DNA from: Chloroflexota bacterium
GTDB taxonomy: Bacteria; Chloroflexota; UBA11872
Direction: 5' to 3'
Assembly: GCA_028873795.1 (NCBI GenBank)
Contig: JAPPNP010000054.1
Location: 17,099-81,098, forward strand
DNA: 64,000 bases
This document shows positions 45,685-55,900 of this stretch, one piece after another (within the stretch, counting starts at the first letter, position 1; each line of letters begins with the position of its first letter). Made by a program: the position numbers and the translations under genes. The notes below the pieces were generated by a model that saw only the letters and a list, made by a program, of their open reading frames with translations, had not been told where the DNA came from and made no database searches.

Positions 45685-46917
45685 TTAGGGACTGCCGTCG
45701 CCTTGCGGTCGCATCCGCTCGCTGAAGAGCGCGTCGGTGAGATTTGCGCCTTCAAGCACGGCGCCGGTCAGGTCCGCGCCGATCAGCTCGGCCCCGGTGA
45801 GATTTGCATCGGTCAGATTGGCGTTGTGCAGCAGCGCGCCATCCAGATTCGATCCCGAGAGATCCGCGTTGGCTAGCTGCGCGCTGCGCAAGTCGGCGTT
45901 CGTGAACGCGGCGCGAATCAGCTCGGCGCCGCTGAAATCGGCGTGCTGGAGGTTGGCCCGACGGAATCCCACGGCAAACGTCTGCATATCGGACACGATC
46001 GCGTGCGAGAAGTCACCATCGTCGAAGACCGAGGCGCGCAGGGTTGCACCGCGAAAGTCGGCGCTGGTACCGAATTCCTCGTACCCGGAGAAGTCGGACC
46101 CCATGAGCAGGGTGCCCGACACCGTCACGTCGGTGAACACCGCGCCGCTGAAGTCGGTGCGGCGAAACTCGGACCCATACACCTGCATGCCGCTCAACTG
46201 CGCCTGGGCGAAGTTGGAGGCGTAGACGTCCGTATTGATGATCAGCGCATCGCGCAAGACTCCGCCCGGCATGTCCACCCGGATCATGCTCGAGTTGGTG
46301 AGTTCGACGTTGCTGAGATCCGCGCCTGGGAGGCGGGTGCTATAGAACCGCGCTCGGCTGAGTTCGGCGCCGTGCATGTCGATATTGGCCGCGACGGCGT
46401 TGTCCAGTTCGATCCAGGAGGCATCGACGCTTCGCAGGCTGGCGTCGCTGAGGTCGGCGTTTTGCAGATTGGCGCCGGTCATGTTGGCGTCGTCGAATCG
46501 AGCGGCGATCAGCCGGGCCTCCCGGAAGGTGGCTCCATAGAGGTTGGCCTCCGACAGATCGGCGCCGTCCAGCGTGGCGTCGACGAAATCGGCGAACCGA
46601 AGGTCCGTGCCGCTGAGGTTGGCGCCGGACAAGTCGGCGCCGGAGAAGTTTGAGTCGCGCAGAAACGCACCAGCAAGGTCGGCGTCGGCAAGGTCGCTGT
46701 TGGGGCAATTGGTGGGCTCGTCACGCCAGGTCACCGTGAACTCTGACTGAATGGTGCAGGCGCCCACGACCGTGAACGGCTGGCCGATCACCAGTCCCAC
46801 GGCCAACACGGCAATGGCAAGAACCGCCAGCGCAAATGTCAGGTAGGCGGCGACAAATGCCGCGGAGCGGCGAATGGGCAGCGGATTCCTCCCCGGCGGC
46901 AGCGCCGCACCGGTCAA
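45685..46917 (-). CDS. Membrane-anchored pentapeptide repeat protein
   Basis: N-terminal TM segment followed by many A(D/N)LxX repeats. Confidence 0.9.
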   Translation of the reverse strand: MTGAALPPGRNPLPIRRSAAFVAAYLTFALAVLAIAVLAVGLVIGQPFTVVGACTIQSEFTVTWRDEPTNCPNSDLADADLAGAFLRDSNFSGADLSGANLSGTDLRFADFVDATLDGADLSEANLYGATFREARLIAARFDDANMTGANLQNADLSDASLRSVDASWIELDNAVAANIDMHGAELSRARFYSTRLPGADLSNVELTNSSMIRVDMPGGVLRDALIINTDVYASNFAQAQLSGMQVYGSEFRRTDFSGAVFTDVTVSGTLLMGSDFSGYEEFGTSADFRGATLRASVFDDGDFSHAIVSDMQTFAVGFRRANLQHADFSGAELIRAAFTNADLRSAQLANADLSGSNLDGALLHNANLTDANLTGAELIGADLTGAVLEGANLTDALFSERMRPQGDGSP

Positions 46918-46977
46918 TGGTAGCGAGACAGCGTCAGTCGTAGCGGAAGGGTGCTCACTAAGTGCTGATTGCAGGCG

Positions 46978-48003
46978 TTACCAGGGCTGCCGCTCCACCG
47001 GCTCCAGCAGGACCTCGCGGCCGGTCGCGCTCGAGCGCTCGGCGGCGAACAGGATCTCCATGATGTGACGGCCATAGGCGCTGCTGGCCGGCGGGCGGTC
47101 GTTGGTCGCGATCGCCGTGACGAAGTCACGGTACTGCTCGGCAAAGTCGTTGATAGGCTCGATATCTAGCTCTCGCCAGTCCCCGTCCTGGCCCACCCGG
47201 ACCATGCCGCCCGGATACTCGGCGGTGTCGAAGTGCACTTGCAGGCGGCCTTGTGTGCCGTGGACGTCGATATAGGCGGTGTCTTGGGCCCCGCGCGAGC
47301 TGGCCACCGAAACCACGACTCCGGCCACGCCGTTCGCATACCGGATGAGTGCCGTGGCGGTGTCGTCGCTGTGCATGTAGTGCATGTGGGTTCCCAGGAC
47401 CGCTTTCACGGACACGGCCTTGCGACCGACGAGGTGCGTGACCCAGTCGACCATGTGCACGCCGTTGCCCATCCAATTGCCGCCGCCCATGGAGCGGGTC
47501 AGATAGCAGCGGTCGAGGCGCTCATAGGGGAACCTGGCGCTGACGAGGGCCAGCACCTGGATGACCGGCCCAAGGGCATTGGTGTCCAAAAAGGCCCTCG
47601 CCGTGCGCAGCGCCGGTCGGTATTGCCCGGTAAGGCCAATCTGCAGCAGCCGGCCGCTGCGTGCCTCGGCCTCGATCATGCGATCGCACTCCTCCATGGT
47701 CACGGCCATGGGTTTCTCGACCAGCACGTGCTTGCCGGCGTCCAGGGCTTCGACCGTCACGCCGGCATGGAGGTGGTGCGGCAGGAGGATGCCAACGGCC
47801 TCGACGTCGGGATCGGCCAGCAGGTCGCGGTGGCTGGCGAAGACCCTGGGAATACCGAAAGTCTTGCGGTGCTCCTCGCGCCGCTCGTCCACCGGCTCCG
47901 CCCCGGCGATGCAGGTGGCGAGGCCCTCGGCTTCGAGTGCGGCGAGGCCCTGCAGGTGCCTGGCCGCGATGCCGCCTAGCCCAATCAGCCCAATTCGTAG
48001 CAT
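46978..48003 (-). CDS. Gfo/Idh/MocA family oxidoreductase
   Basis: GLGGIA, VEKP and GGGNWMGNGVH motifs. Confidence 0.92.
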   Translation of the reverse strand: MLRIGLIGLGGIAARHLQGLAALEAEGLATCIAGAEPVDERREEHRKTFGIPRVFASHRDLLADPDVEAVGILLPHHLHAGVTVEALDAGKHVLVEKPMAVTMEECDRMIEAEARSGRLLQIGLTGQYRPALRTARAFLDTNALGPVIQVLALVSARFPYERLDRCYLTRSMGGGNWMGNGVHMVDWVTHLVGRKAVSVKAVLGTHMHYMHSDDTATALIRYANGVAGVVVSVASSRGAQDTAYIDVHGTQGRLQVHFDTAEYPGGMVRVGQDGDWRELDIEPINDFAEQYRDFVTAIATNDRPPASSAYGRHIMEILFAAERSSATGREVLLEPVERQPW

Positions 48004-48045
48004 TCGAGCGACCCCGGGGGGAACGGGGCGTAAGTGTACGCGCGA

Positions 48046-48657
48046 CTATGCGTGCGGAGGATTCCGCTCGGGGGCTGCCGCCAGCGCGCCGCTGGGCGTG
48101 TGCGCGTAGCCCTCGCCCGCCGGCACGTCGAACACCAGGTCGAACACCAGGCCCAGATCGGTGTCCAGGTTCACCCGCACCGTGTCGTCGCTGACGTTGG
48201 CCGTAGCCGGATCGACGCGCTGGGTCACGTAGGCGAAGTCGGCGAACTGGGTGAGGGGATAGGCATAGCGCAGCCATACGCCGCGATGCAGCACCGCGCC
48301 CCGTCCCGGCTCCAGCAGGAAGGCCTGGGCGGCATCGACGTCCGGGCCCCCGCCTGCGTCGTCCGGGGCGACGACGATCGCGCTCACGCCGCTGACGGGA
48401 ATGAGCGTGACGGTGCTTTCCGGGTGCTTCTGCAGGAATTCGCAGCGGTTGCCGCGGTAGTAGTACCGCAGGCTGCACATATGGGCCGCCTTGGGGAACT
48501 CCAACTCCTTGTGCACCCAGAGAAAGCCGAGATTGCCCGGCGAGCGGTTCAAGCTCGGGGCGTCGGCCGTTTCAGGCGCGATGACCGCGCCGAACGGGCG
48601 AAATGCCTCTTGTTCAAGTGGACGGACGGCGAGGGGGCGCACGTCGAGGTCGGACAC
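48046..48657 (-). CDS. Ureidoglycolate lyase (AllA)-like cupin
   Basis: PLEQEAFRPFG, LQKHP and LHRGVW motifs; GTG start after GAGG. Confidence 0.7.
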   Translation of the reverse strand: MSDLDVRPLAVRPLEQEAFRPFGAVIAPETADAPSLNRSPGNLGFLWVHKELEFPKAAHMCSLRYYYRGNRCEFLQKHPESTVTLIPVSGVSAIVVAPDDAGGGPDVDAAQAFLLEPGRGAVLHRGVWLRYAYPLTQFADFAYVTQRVDPATANVSDDTVRVNLDTDLGLVFDLVFDVPAGEGYAHTPSGALAAAPERNPPHA

Positions 48658-48716
48658 CGGTGAATCCTCGGGCGGGCGGCGCTCGGGCACCTTGCCACAG
48701 ATGGGCCGCGGGGCGC

Positions 48717-49844
48717 CTAGGCGGAGTCGTCGATCGACGCGGGTCGGACGGGGCGTCCCTCGGCGGCGGACCGGCACAGGGCGATGTGCGTGCGCATGGT
48801 GCGCAAGACCTGCGCGGCGCTCACCCACGGCTCACGGCCCTCTCGGATGGCCTGCAGAAAGTCGGCGCGGGAGGCCAGGAACGAATCCGGCATGAGGGAG
48901 TGGCGCAGGGGCAGCTCGACCACGAGGCCGCGCGGGGTGTGCGGTCCGTAGCGCAGCGCCGGGCGCCGCATCGTCGCCGGCGGCGGCGCGCCGGCGTCCT
49001 GCCGGCCGTCCACGCTGGCGCGCTCACCCACGGCCACGAAGTCCATCTGGCGGCGGTGCCGCGTGGCGAAGTCGAAGAGGATCGTGGCGTTGGCCCCGTC
49101 GGCGAACCTGAGCGTGCTGCTGAACACCGAGCCCACCCCGTCGACCCGGCGGCTCCAGTGCGCGTAGACCTCCTCCGGCTCCTGCTCGAACCACGTCAGT
49201 AGCGTGTCCGCGGCGTGCACCACGTTGTCGTAGGCCGCGTCGAACGCGTTGGTGTGCTGGCGTCCCACGGCCGAGTGGTAGAGATACGAGGCCGATATGA
49301 GCGGCCCCGTCACGCCGGCCTGGATCAGCGACCGGATGCCGTGGGGCACCGGCGCGAATCGCGTGTTGTGGTCGACGGCGAGCGTGACGCCGCCGGCCTC
49401 TGCCGCGTCCACCATTGCGCGGCACTGGGCGTAGGTGGCGGCGAAGGGCTTGGCCATGAGCACGTGGATGCCTCGGCGCGCCGCTTCCTCAACCGCGGCC
49501 ACGCGCGTCGGCGAGAGCCCCACGTCCCAGCGAATGTTGACGTCGACCACGTCGAGATTCACCGCGTCGAGCATTTCCCGGAAGTCCGCGAAGACGCGCT
49601 CGACCCCCCAGCGGCGTTGTACGGCCAAGCGTGCTTCAGGGTCCGGATCGCTGGCGGCCACCGGCGTGATTCCGGCTTGGCGGTAGGCCGGAAGGACCGA
49701 GTTGTGCACCACGCGACCGGCGCCGATGAGCCCGACGCGCAAGTCTTGCGGAATCGGCTTGCCGAGCGCGGGCGGCGTCAGCGGAACGGCGGCGACTTCT
49801 TCGAGCGAAGCCGGCGGCGGCGTTTCCGGTTCCTGGAGGATCAC
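48717..49844 (-). CDS. Gfo/Idh/MocA family oxidoreductase (atypical AKP motif)
   Basis: GAGRVV, MAKP and DNVVH motifs. Confidence 0.85.
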   Translation of the reverse strand: MILQEPETPPPASLEEVAAVPLTPPALGKPIPQDLRVGLIGAGRVVHNSVLPAYRQAGITPVAASDPDPEARLAVQRRWGVERVFADFREMLDAVNLDVVDVNIRWDVGLSPTRVAAVEEAARRGIHVLMAKPFAATYAQCRAMVDAAEAGGVTLAVDHNTRFAPVPHGIRSLIQAGVTGPLISASYLYHSAVGRQHTNAFDAAYDNVVHAADTLLTWFEQEPEEVYAHWSRRVDGVGSVFSSTLRFADGANATILFDFATRHRRQMDFVAVGERASVDGRQDAGAPPPATMRRPALRYGPHTPRGLVVELPLRHSLMPDSFLASRADFLQAIREGREPWVSAAQVLRTMRTHIALCRSAAEGRPVRPASIDDSA

Positions 49845-50839
49845 TCGAGTCCTCGCAGGAGCGGTCGCACGTAGGCCGCGGCTTCCCGCACGCCCTCGGC
49901 ATAGTCCTGATACGGATCCTCATTCTCGAGGCTAAGCGCGCCGGAGTAGCCAACCTCCCGCAGTGCCTCGAAGAACGCCGTCCACACATCGTCGCCATGG
50001 CCGCGGCCAACGGTCCGGTGCACCCAGGCGCGCGGGGCGTCGGCCCCGAATGGCCGCCCGTCGAGCACGCCGGCCGTGGCGACTTCGCCGCCGATGAGCT
50101 GCGTGTCTTTGACGTGTACGTGCGCCACTGAGTCGCCCAGGGCGCGCACCACCGCGACGGGGTCCATCCCCTGCCAGAAGAGGTGGCTGGGATCGACGTT
50201 GGCGGCGATGACGGGACCAACCGCGTCTTGCAGCCGCATAAACGTCGGGACGTTGTAGACCAGGTGTATCGGGTGCAGCTCCAGCGCCACGCGCTCGACC
50301 CCGCGGCTGGTCGCGTAGCCCGCCAGGTCGCGCCAGAGTCCCACGGCCGCTTGCCAGTGACGCTCACGCAACGCCACCGACTCCTCGGGCCAGGGAAAGC
50401 TGACCCAATTCACGGTGCTGGCCGCCGGCCCGTCTGCCCCCGTGCCCGACATGCTGATGACGGTGCCGACGTCCAGCAGGCTGGCAAGCTCGATGGTGCG
50501 CCGGATGAGCCGCCGCGCGCGCCCGCCGATGCGCGGGTGCAGCGGCATGCCCGCGGCATTGAGCGCCGCGATCGAAAGCCCGCGGTCGGCAATCATGGCG
50601 CGCAAATCGCGCCGCAGCGGGGCATTTGCCACCAAGAGCTCCGCCGCCGCCGGCTGGCCGGCCTGCGTAATCTCGACCACCTCGGCGCCGATCTCGGCCG
50701 CCAGGTCCAGGGACGCCTCGAACTCCGAGCGCGTGACCGTGGAGCGTTCCCAGCGAGGCTTGGCCGCGCCGGCGCTCGGCTCCACGTCAATGCGGCCATG
50801 CGACGCCGTGAACAGGCGGACCAGCAGGCCCAGCCGCAT
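49841..50839 (-). CDS. Sugar phosphate isomerase/epimerase (TIM barrel)
   Basis: ALELHP, NVDPSH, HVKD and SLENED motifs; same subfamily as 12296-13267. Confidence 0.9.
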   Translation of the reverse strand: MRLGLLVRLFTASHGRIDVEPSAGAAKPRWERSTVTRSEFEASLDLAAEIGAEVVEITQAGQPAAAELLVANAPLRRDLRAMIADRGLSIAALNAAGMPLHPRIGGRARRLIRRTIELASLLDVGTVISMSGTGADGPAASTVNWVSFPWPEESVALRERHWQAAVGLWRDLAGYATSRGVERVALELHPIHLVYNVPTFMRLQDAVGPVIAANVDPSHLFWQGMDPVAVVRALGDSVAHVHVKDTQLIGGEVATAGVLDGRPFGADAPRAWVHRTVGRGHGDDVWTAFFEALREVGYSGALSLENEDPYQDYAEGVREAAAYVRPLLRGLE

Positions 50840-50872
50840 GCCTATCGCATCTTTCGAGGATTCAGCGGCGGA

Positions 50873-52072
50873 CTAGGTTCCCGGACTCTGCACGTCGATC
50901 ACCGCGCGGCAGATTCGCTGCGACGGCAGGCCGATGGTCCCGAGCTCGCGGGTGAAGTCCGAGTCCGAGTAGATCACGTGCAGCCGGTCGTCCCGGTACA
51001 TCTTGGAGGTGTAGGAGCAGCCGCCGCGCGTGTGGAAGGCGAAGGGCGTCTCCCAGTGCTCGCCGTTGCCGTCCAGACTCAGCATCACGTGCGTGACCTG
51101 CGGGTGTCCGTAGGCCCCGCGGCCGGAGGCGCAGGCGAGGATGCCGTTGGGCAGCAGCGTGAGCCGGGGCTTGACGGCCTGCCAGCCGGTGTTGGTGGGC
51201 TCGGACCAGGTGCGGCCGCCGTCGGTGGAGCGCGACTGGAACATCGGCGAGTAGCTGCCGGTCCGCATCACGCAGAGGATGTCGCCGTTGGCCGTGACGG
51301 AGAGATCGGCCTCGTCGAAGCCCTCGTCCACGGCGCGATCGGCGTGGCCGTAGACGGGCTTGAGCTCGCCGGCGTCGAACTTGTGCACGAAGTCCCAGGT
51401 GTAGCCCTGGTCGCTCGAACGAACGATGAAGACGCCGATGCGCGTCTTGCGGATGCGTCCCCGGGTGTCGGTGGACCACTGGTCGGCCGGCAGCAGGTCC
51501 ACCCACTCCAGCGCCGTCAGGTAGTCGCCGTTGTCCAGCTCGATGAGCGAGCTGTACGACTGGTACGAGGCCCGCTCGAACGGCAGGTCGCGCACCTTGA
51601 AGGTGTGTTTTTCCAGCGGCTCGCCGGCCTTGGACCATCGCCGCCAGAGAAACGTCGGGCTCTCGATTTGCCCGACCTCGTGGTACGAGCCTGAGGTGCG
51701 ATCCTTCCAGCGCTCGGCCAACTCCACCGTGTCGTGGTCGATGTACACGATGGTGTCGTCGCGCGGGTATCCCAAGACGCCGGACGCGAACTCGATGCCC
51801 TGACGACCGGTGTCCGGGTGGATGTAAACCATGGGGTGATCGTCGGGCGCCTTGCGCCAGGTGGCGCCGGCGTCATCGGAGACGGCGACCTGCAGCGGCT
51901 CGTGGCCGCCGTGACGTCCCCCGTGATAGCTCAGGAACATGTGGTCGCCTTCGAGCTCCACCAACCCCGGGAAGTTGATGACCGAATCCGTGGTCTCGAA
52001 CCAGGTGTCGATGCGCTCGACGGAGATCGACGCCGTGCGGCCGTTTCTCTCGTAGGTGGCCTGCCGCAGCAT
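50873..52072 (-). CDS. BNR/Asp-box sialidase-like protein, array member 5
   Basis: SDDAGATW, SSDQGYTW, STDGGRTW and GCSYT motifs. Confidence 0.85.
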   Translation of the reverse strand: MLRQATYERNGRTASISVERIDTWFETTDSVINFPGLVELEGDHMFLSYHGGRHGGHEPLQVAVSDDAGATWRKAPDDHPMVYIHPDTGRQGIEFASGVLGYPRDDTIVYIDHDTVELAERWKDRTSGSYHEVGQIESPTFLWRRWSKAGEPLEKHTFKVRDLPFERASYQSYSSLIELDNGDYLTALEWVDLLPADQWSTDTRGRIRKTRIGVFIVRSSDQGYTWDFVHKFDAGELKPVYGHADRAVDEGFDEADLSVTANGDILCVMRTGSYSPMFQSRSTDGGRTWSEPTNTGWQAVKPRLTLLPNGILACASGRGAYGHPQVTHVMLSLDGNGEHWETPFAFHTRGGCSYTSKMYRDDRLHVIYSDSDFTRELGTIGLPSQRICRAVIDVQSPGT

Positions 52073-52218
52073 GGATGTGACTCCAGTTCTCGGGCGCCGA
52101 AATGCTAGCCCCAGGGGTGTGCGCGTGTCGAACCTCGAAGCGTGTCCCTGCGATTCTGCGCCGACATCCGGAACCGAGCCGCGGGCAGGTCATTTCCTGC
52201 GACCGAGATTGGGGCTCT

Positions 52219-52245
52219 AGATTCCTCGCTGCGCTCGGAATGACA
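52219..52245. repeat. REP palindrome (TGTCATTCCGAGCGCAGCGAGGAATCT, reverse)
   Basis: Matches 31216-31239. Confidence 0.75.
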
Positions 52246-52291
52246 GGCGGGGCCCTGTGTGCGTCCGGAAATCCGCGCTTCGAGACGCTGC

Positions 52292-53458
52292 TTAGCTGTC
52301 GTGGAGGCGCACGTCGATCACGGCGCGGCGGATGCGCTGTGAGGGCAGGTTGTGCGTGCCGAAGGGTCGGGTGAAGTCGGAGTCGGAGAAGACGACGTGC
52401 AATTTCCCGTCGCGAACCAACGTCGAGGTATAGGAGCACCCCGGACCGGTGTGGAAGCAGAACGGCGCTTCCCAGTGATTGCCGGTGCCGTCAAGGCTGA
52501 TCATCACGTGGGTGACCTGGGGATGGCCGTAGGCCCCGCGGCCGGCCGCGCAAGTGAGCACGCCGTTGGGCAATAGGTTCAGCCGTGGCTTGACGCCTTG
52601 CCAGCCGACCGGATGCGGCGTTCCCCAGGTGTGCCCGCCGTCGGTGGAGCGCGTCTGCCACATGGGGGAGTACGAGCCGGTGCGGTTGACGCACAGGATG
52701 TCACCGTTGGCGGCGACGACCAGGTCGGCCTCGGTGAGCCCCTCGTCGACGGGTCGATCGCTCACGCCATAGACCAGCGGCAGCTCTTCAGGGCGGAACG
52801 CCGTGACGAAGTCCCACGTGCGGCCGCGGTCACGCGACCGGACGATGAACGTCGTCATGGTGATTGCCCAGCGGTGCCGGCCGTCGTCGCGAATCTCGTC
52901 AGTCTTCCTGGGTGGGCCGACCTGGGCCTCCATGGCGGCGAGCAGGCTGCCGTCGTCGAGGTCCAGGATCTTGGCGTAGGTCTGGTACGAGGCGGTCTCC
53001 CACGGCAGCCCGTCGATCTTGAACTCATGCCTGTCGATGGGGTCGCCGTTCGAGCGCCAGGTGCCCAGGCGAAAGGTCGGGTCGTCCTCCTGCATCACCA
53101 GGTGAAACGGTCCGACGTGCTTGTCCCACGTGCGCCGGTTGGCCTCGACCGTGTTGTGCTCCAGCCGCATGATCGTGCCGTCGCGGAGATATCCCAGGCT
53201 GCCGCCGCCGAGGTCCATGCCGGGAGGTGGGTCGCCCCAGGTCTCGCCGTCGTCGGTCGAAAAGGCGTCGCGTTTGGGCTCCACGTCGGCGATGGCGTGC
53301 TGCGAGCGGCTGAAGCGCATGAAGAGGCAGTCGTCGGCGAGCTCGACGACATGGGGAAAGTTGAGGATGACCTCGGTGTCTTCCTGCCAGGTGTCGATGC
53401 GCTCGACGCTCAGGGTCGCGGTGCGCTGGCCGTCGCTGTAGGTGGCGGACTCGATCAT
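52292..53458 (-). CDS. BNR/Asp-box sialidase-like protein, array member 4
   Basis: Asp boxes; near-identical to 54722-55888. Confidence 0.85.
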   Translation of the reverse strand: MIESATYSDGQRTATLSVERIDTWQEDTEVILNFPHVVELADDCLFMRFSRSQHAIADVEPKRDAFSTDDGETWGDPPPGMDLGGGSLGYLRDGTIMRLEHNTVEANRRTWDKHVGPFHLVMQEDDPTFRLGTWRSNGDPIDRHEFKIDGLPWETASYQTYAKILDLDDGSLLAAMEAQVGPPRKTDEIRDDGRHRWAITMTTFIVRSRDRGRTWDFVTAFRPEELPLVYGVSDRPVDEGLTEADLVVAANGDILCVNRTGSYSPMWQTRSTDGGHTWGTPHPVGWQGVKPRLNLLPNGVLTCAAGRGAYGHPQVTHVMISLDGTGNHWEAPFCFHTGPGCSYTSTLVRDGKLHVVFSDSDFTRPFGTHNLPSQRIRRAVIDVRLHDS

Positions 53459-53512
53459 CGGGATGAACCTCCTGCGCGGCAGCGTGCCGGCGGGTTTCCG
53501 TGGCGCGGCCGG

Positions 53513-54709
53513 TCAACCATCGAGAACGGAGATGTCGAGAACGGCCCGGCGAATGGTCTGCGACGGCAGCTCGCCGGTGCCCATCTCACGGGTGAAGTCG
53601 GAATGGGAGTAGACCACGTGCAGCCGGTCGTCGCGCTGCATGGTCGAGGTGTAGGAGCAGCCGGGTCCGGTGTGGAAGGCGAACGGCACTTCCCAGTGAC
53701 GCCCGGTGCCGTCCAGGCTGAGGGTCACGTGGGTCACCTGCGGGTGCCCGTAGGCCCCGCGACCGGCGGCGCAGGCCAGCACGCCGTTGGGCAGCAGCTC
53801 CAAGCGCGGCTTGACCCCTTGCCAGCCGGCGTTCACAGGGGTCGACCAGGTGCGCCCGCCGTCCTCGGAGCGCGACATATGCATCGGCGAGTACGACCCG
53901 GTGCGGAACATGCAGAGGATGTCGTCATTGGCGAGCCTGACCAGGTCGGCCTCGTTGAAGCCTTCGTCCAACCGACGGTCGCCGGGGCCGTAGGTCGGTT
54001 TGAGCGCGTAGGCGTCAAAGGCGTGCACGAAGTCCCAGCTCTTGCCGCGGTCGCTCGAGCGCACGATGAAGACGCTGGTGATCGTCTTGCGCACGCGGTT
54101 GGGCAAGGTCTGCCATTCACTTTCCGGCAGGATCCTGACCCACTCCAACGCCGTGAGGAAGTCGCCGTCGTCAAGCTCGAGCAGGCGCGAGTAGCACTGG
54201 TAGGACGCGCGACGCCACGGCATACCGCGCACCTTGAACGGGAAGCTCTCGATCGGCGTGGCGTCGGCGGTCCAGCGATGGAAGCGGAACGTGGGGTCTT
54301 CCTCCTGGAACTGGTCGTGATACGGCCCGTGCGCGCGGTCGTAGCCCACGCTCAGCGCGTGCTCGGTGCTGTGGTTGATGCGCACGAAGGAGCCATCGCG
54401 CAGGTGTCCGGTCACTCCGGAGTCGTGGGTCTCGTTGATGAGGCCGGTCCGCGCATCGCGCGAGAGCAGCGGAAAGTCGTTGGGCAAGCGGCGCCAGGTG
54501 GCCCCGGCGTCGTCGGACAGGTAGGCCCACGTGGGTTCCTCGCCGCCGTGGCGGCCGTGGTGAATGGTCATGAAGAGGCGGTCGCCGTCGAGTTCCACGA
54601 CGCCGGGGAAGTTGATGATCGACTCGTGGTCTTCCAGCCAGGTGTCAATCCGTTCGACGGCGATCTGGACCGAGCGCCTGCCGTCGGTGTATGTGGCGCT
54701 TTCGATCAT
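53513..54709 (-). CDS. BNR/Asp-box sialidase-like protein, array member 3
   Basis: Asp boxes; RTGSYSP, GAYGHPQVTH and GCSYT motifs. Confidence 0.85.
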   Translation of the reverse strand: MIESATYTDGRRSVQIAVERIDTWLEDHESIINFPGVVELDGDRLFMTIHHGRHGGEEPTWAYLSDDAGATWRRLPNDFPLLSRDARTGLINETHDSGVTGHLRDGSFVRINHSTEHALSVGYDRAHGPYHDQFQEEDPTFRFHRWTADATPIESFPFKVRGMPWRRASYQCYSRLLELDDGDFLTALEWVRILPESEWQTLPNRVRKTITSVFIVRSSDRGKSWDFVHAFDAYALKPTYGPGDRRLDEGFNEADLVRLANDDILCMFRTGSYSPMHMSRSEDGGRTWSTPVNAGWQGVKPRLELLPNGVLACAAGRGAYGHPQVTHVTLSLDGTGRHWEVPFAFHTGPGCSYTSTMQRDDRLHVVYSHSDFTREMGTGELPSQTIRRAVLDISVLDG

Positions 54710-54721
54710 GCGTGCCTGCTT

Positions 54722-55888
54722 TCAGTCATTGTGGGTTTCGACGCTGATCACGGCGCGCCGAATGCGCTGCGAGGGCAGGTTGTGCGTCCCGAACGGTCGT
54801 GTGAAGTCGGAGTCGGAGAAGACGACGTGCAGTTTCCCGTCCCGGACCAACGTGGAGGTGTAGGAGCACCCCGGACCGGTGTGGAAGCCAAACGGCGCTT
54901 CCCAGTGGTTGCCGGTGCCGTCGACGCTGATCATCACGTGGGTGACCTGCGGGTGACCGTAGCCGCCGCGGCCGGCGGCGCAGGTGAGCACGCCGTTGGG
55001 CAACAAATTCAGCCGGGGCTTGACGCCCTGCCAGCCGACCGGCGCGGGCGTGCCCCAGGTGTGGCCGCCGTCGGTCGAGCGCGTTTGCCACATGGGGGAA
55101 TACGAGCCGGTGCGGTTGACGCACAGGATGTCGCCGTTGGCGGCGACGACCAGGTCGGCCTCGGTGAGCCCCTCGTCCACGGGTAGATCGCCACCGCCGT
55201 AGACCAGGTTCAACTCCTCCGGTCGAAAGGCGGTGACGAAGTCCCACGTCCGACCGCGGTCGCGCGACCGGACGATGAAGGTCGTCATGGTGATTGCCCA
55301 GCGGTGCCGGCCGTCGTCGAGAATCTTGTCGGTCATCCGCGGCGGGCCCACTTGGGCCTCCATGGCGGCGAGTAGGCTGCCGTCGTCGAGGTCCAGGATC
55401 TTGGCGTAGGTCTGGTAGGAGGCGGTCTTCCACGGCAGCCCGTCGATCTTGAATTCCAGGCTTTCGATGGGCTCGCCGTTGGAGCGCCACGTGCGCACCA
55501 GAAACGTCGGGTCGTCCTCCTGCATCGCCAGGTGGAACGGGCCCGCGTGCTTGTCCCACGTGCGCCGATTGGCCTCGACCGTGTTGTGCTCCAGCCGCAT
55601 GATCGTGCCGTCGCGGAGGTAGCCCAGGCTGCCGCCGCCGAACTCCATGCCCGGCGGCGGGTCGCCCCACGATTCGCCGTCGTCGGTCGAAAAGGCGTCG
55701 CGATGGGGCTCCTCGTCGGCGATGGCGTGCTGCGAGCGGCTGAAGCGCATGAACAGGCAGTTGTCGGCGAGCTCGACGACGTGGGGAAAGTTGAGGATGA
55801 CCTCGGTGTCTTCCTGCCAGGTGTCGATGCGCTCCACGCCGATTCGCACCGAGCGCGAGCCGTCGGTGTAGATGGCGCTTTCAATCAT
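54722..55888 (-). CDS. BNR/Asp-box sialidase-like protein, array member 2
   Basis: Asp boxes and the same conserved C-terminal motifs. Confidence 0.85.
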   Translation of the reverse strand: MIESAIYTDGSRSVRIGVERIDTWQEDTEVILNFPHVVELADNCLFMRFSRSQHAIADEEPHRDAFSTDDGESWGDPPPGMEFGGGSLGYLRDGTIMRLEHNTVEANRRTWDKHAGPFHLAMQEDDPTFLVRTWRSNGEPIESLEFKIDGLPWKTASYQTYAKILDLDDGSLLAAMEAQVGPPRMTDKILDDGRHRWAITMTTFIVRSRDRGRTWDFVTAFRPEELNLVYGGGDLPVDEGLTEADLVVAANGDILCVNRTGSYSPMWQTRSTDGGHTWGTPAPVGWQGVKPRLNLLPNGVLTCAAGRGGYGHPQVTHVMISVDGTGNHWEAPFGFHTGPGCSYTSTLVRDGKLHVVFSDSDFTRPFGTHNLPSQRIRRAVISVETHND

Positions 55889-55900
55889 GCGGGCCGGCTT

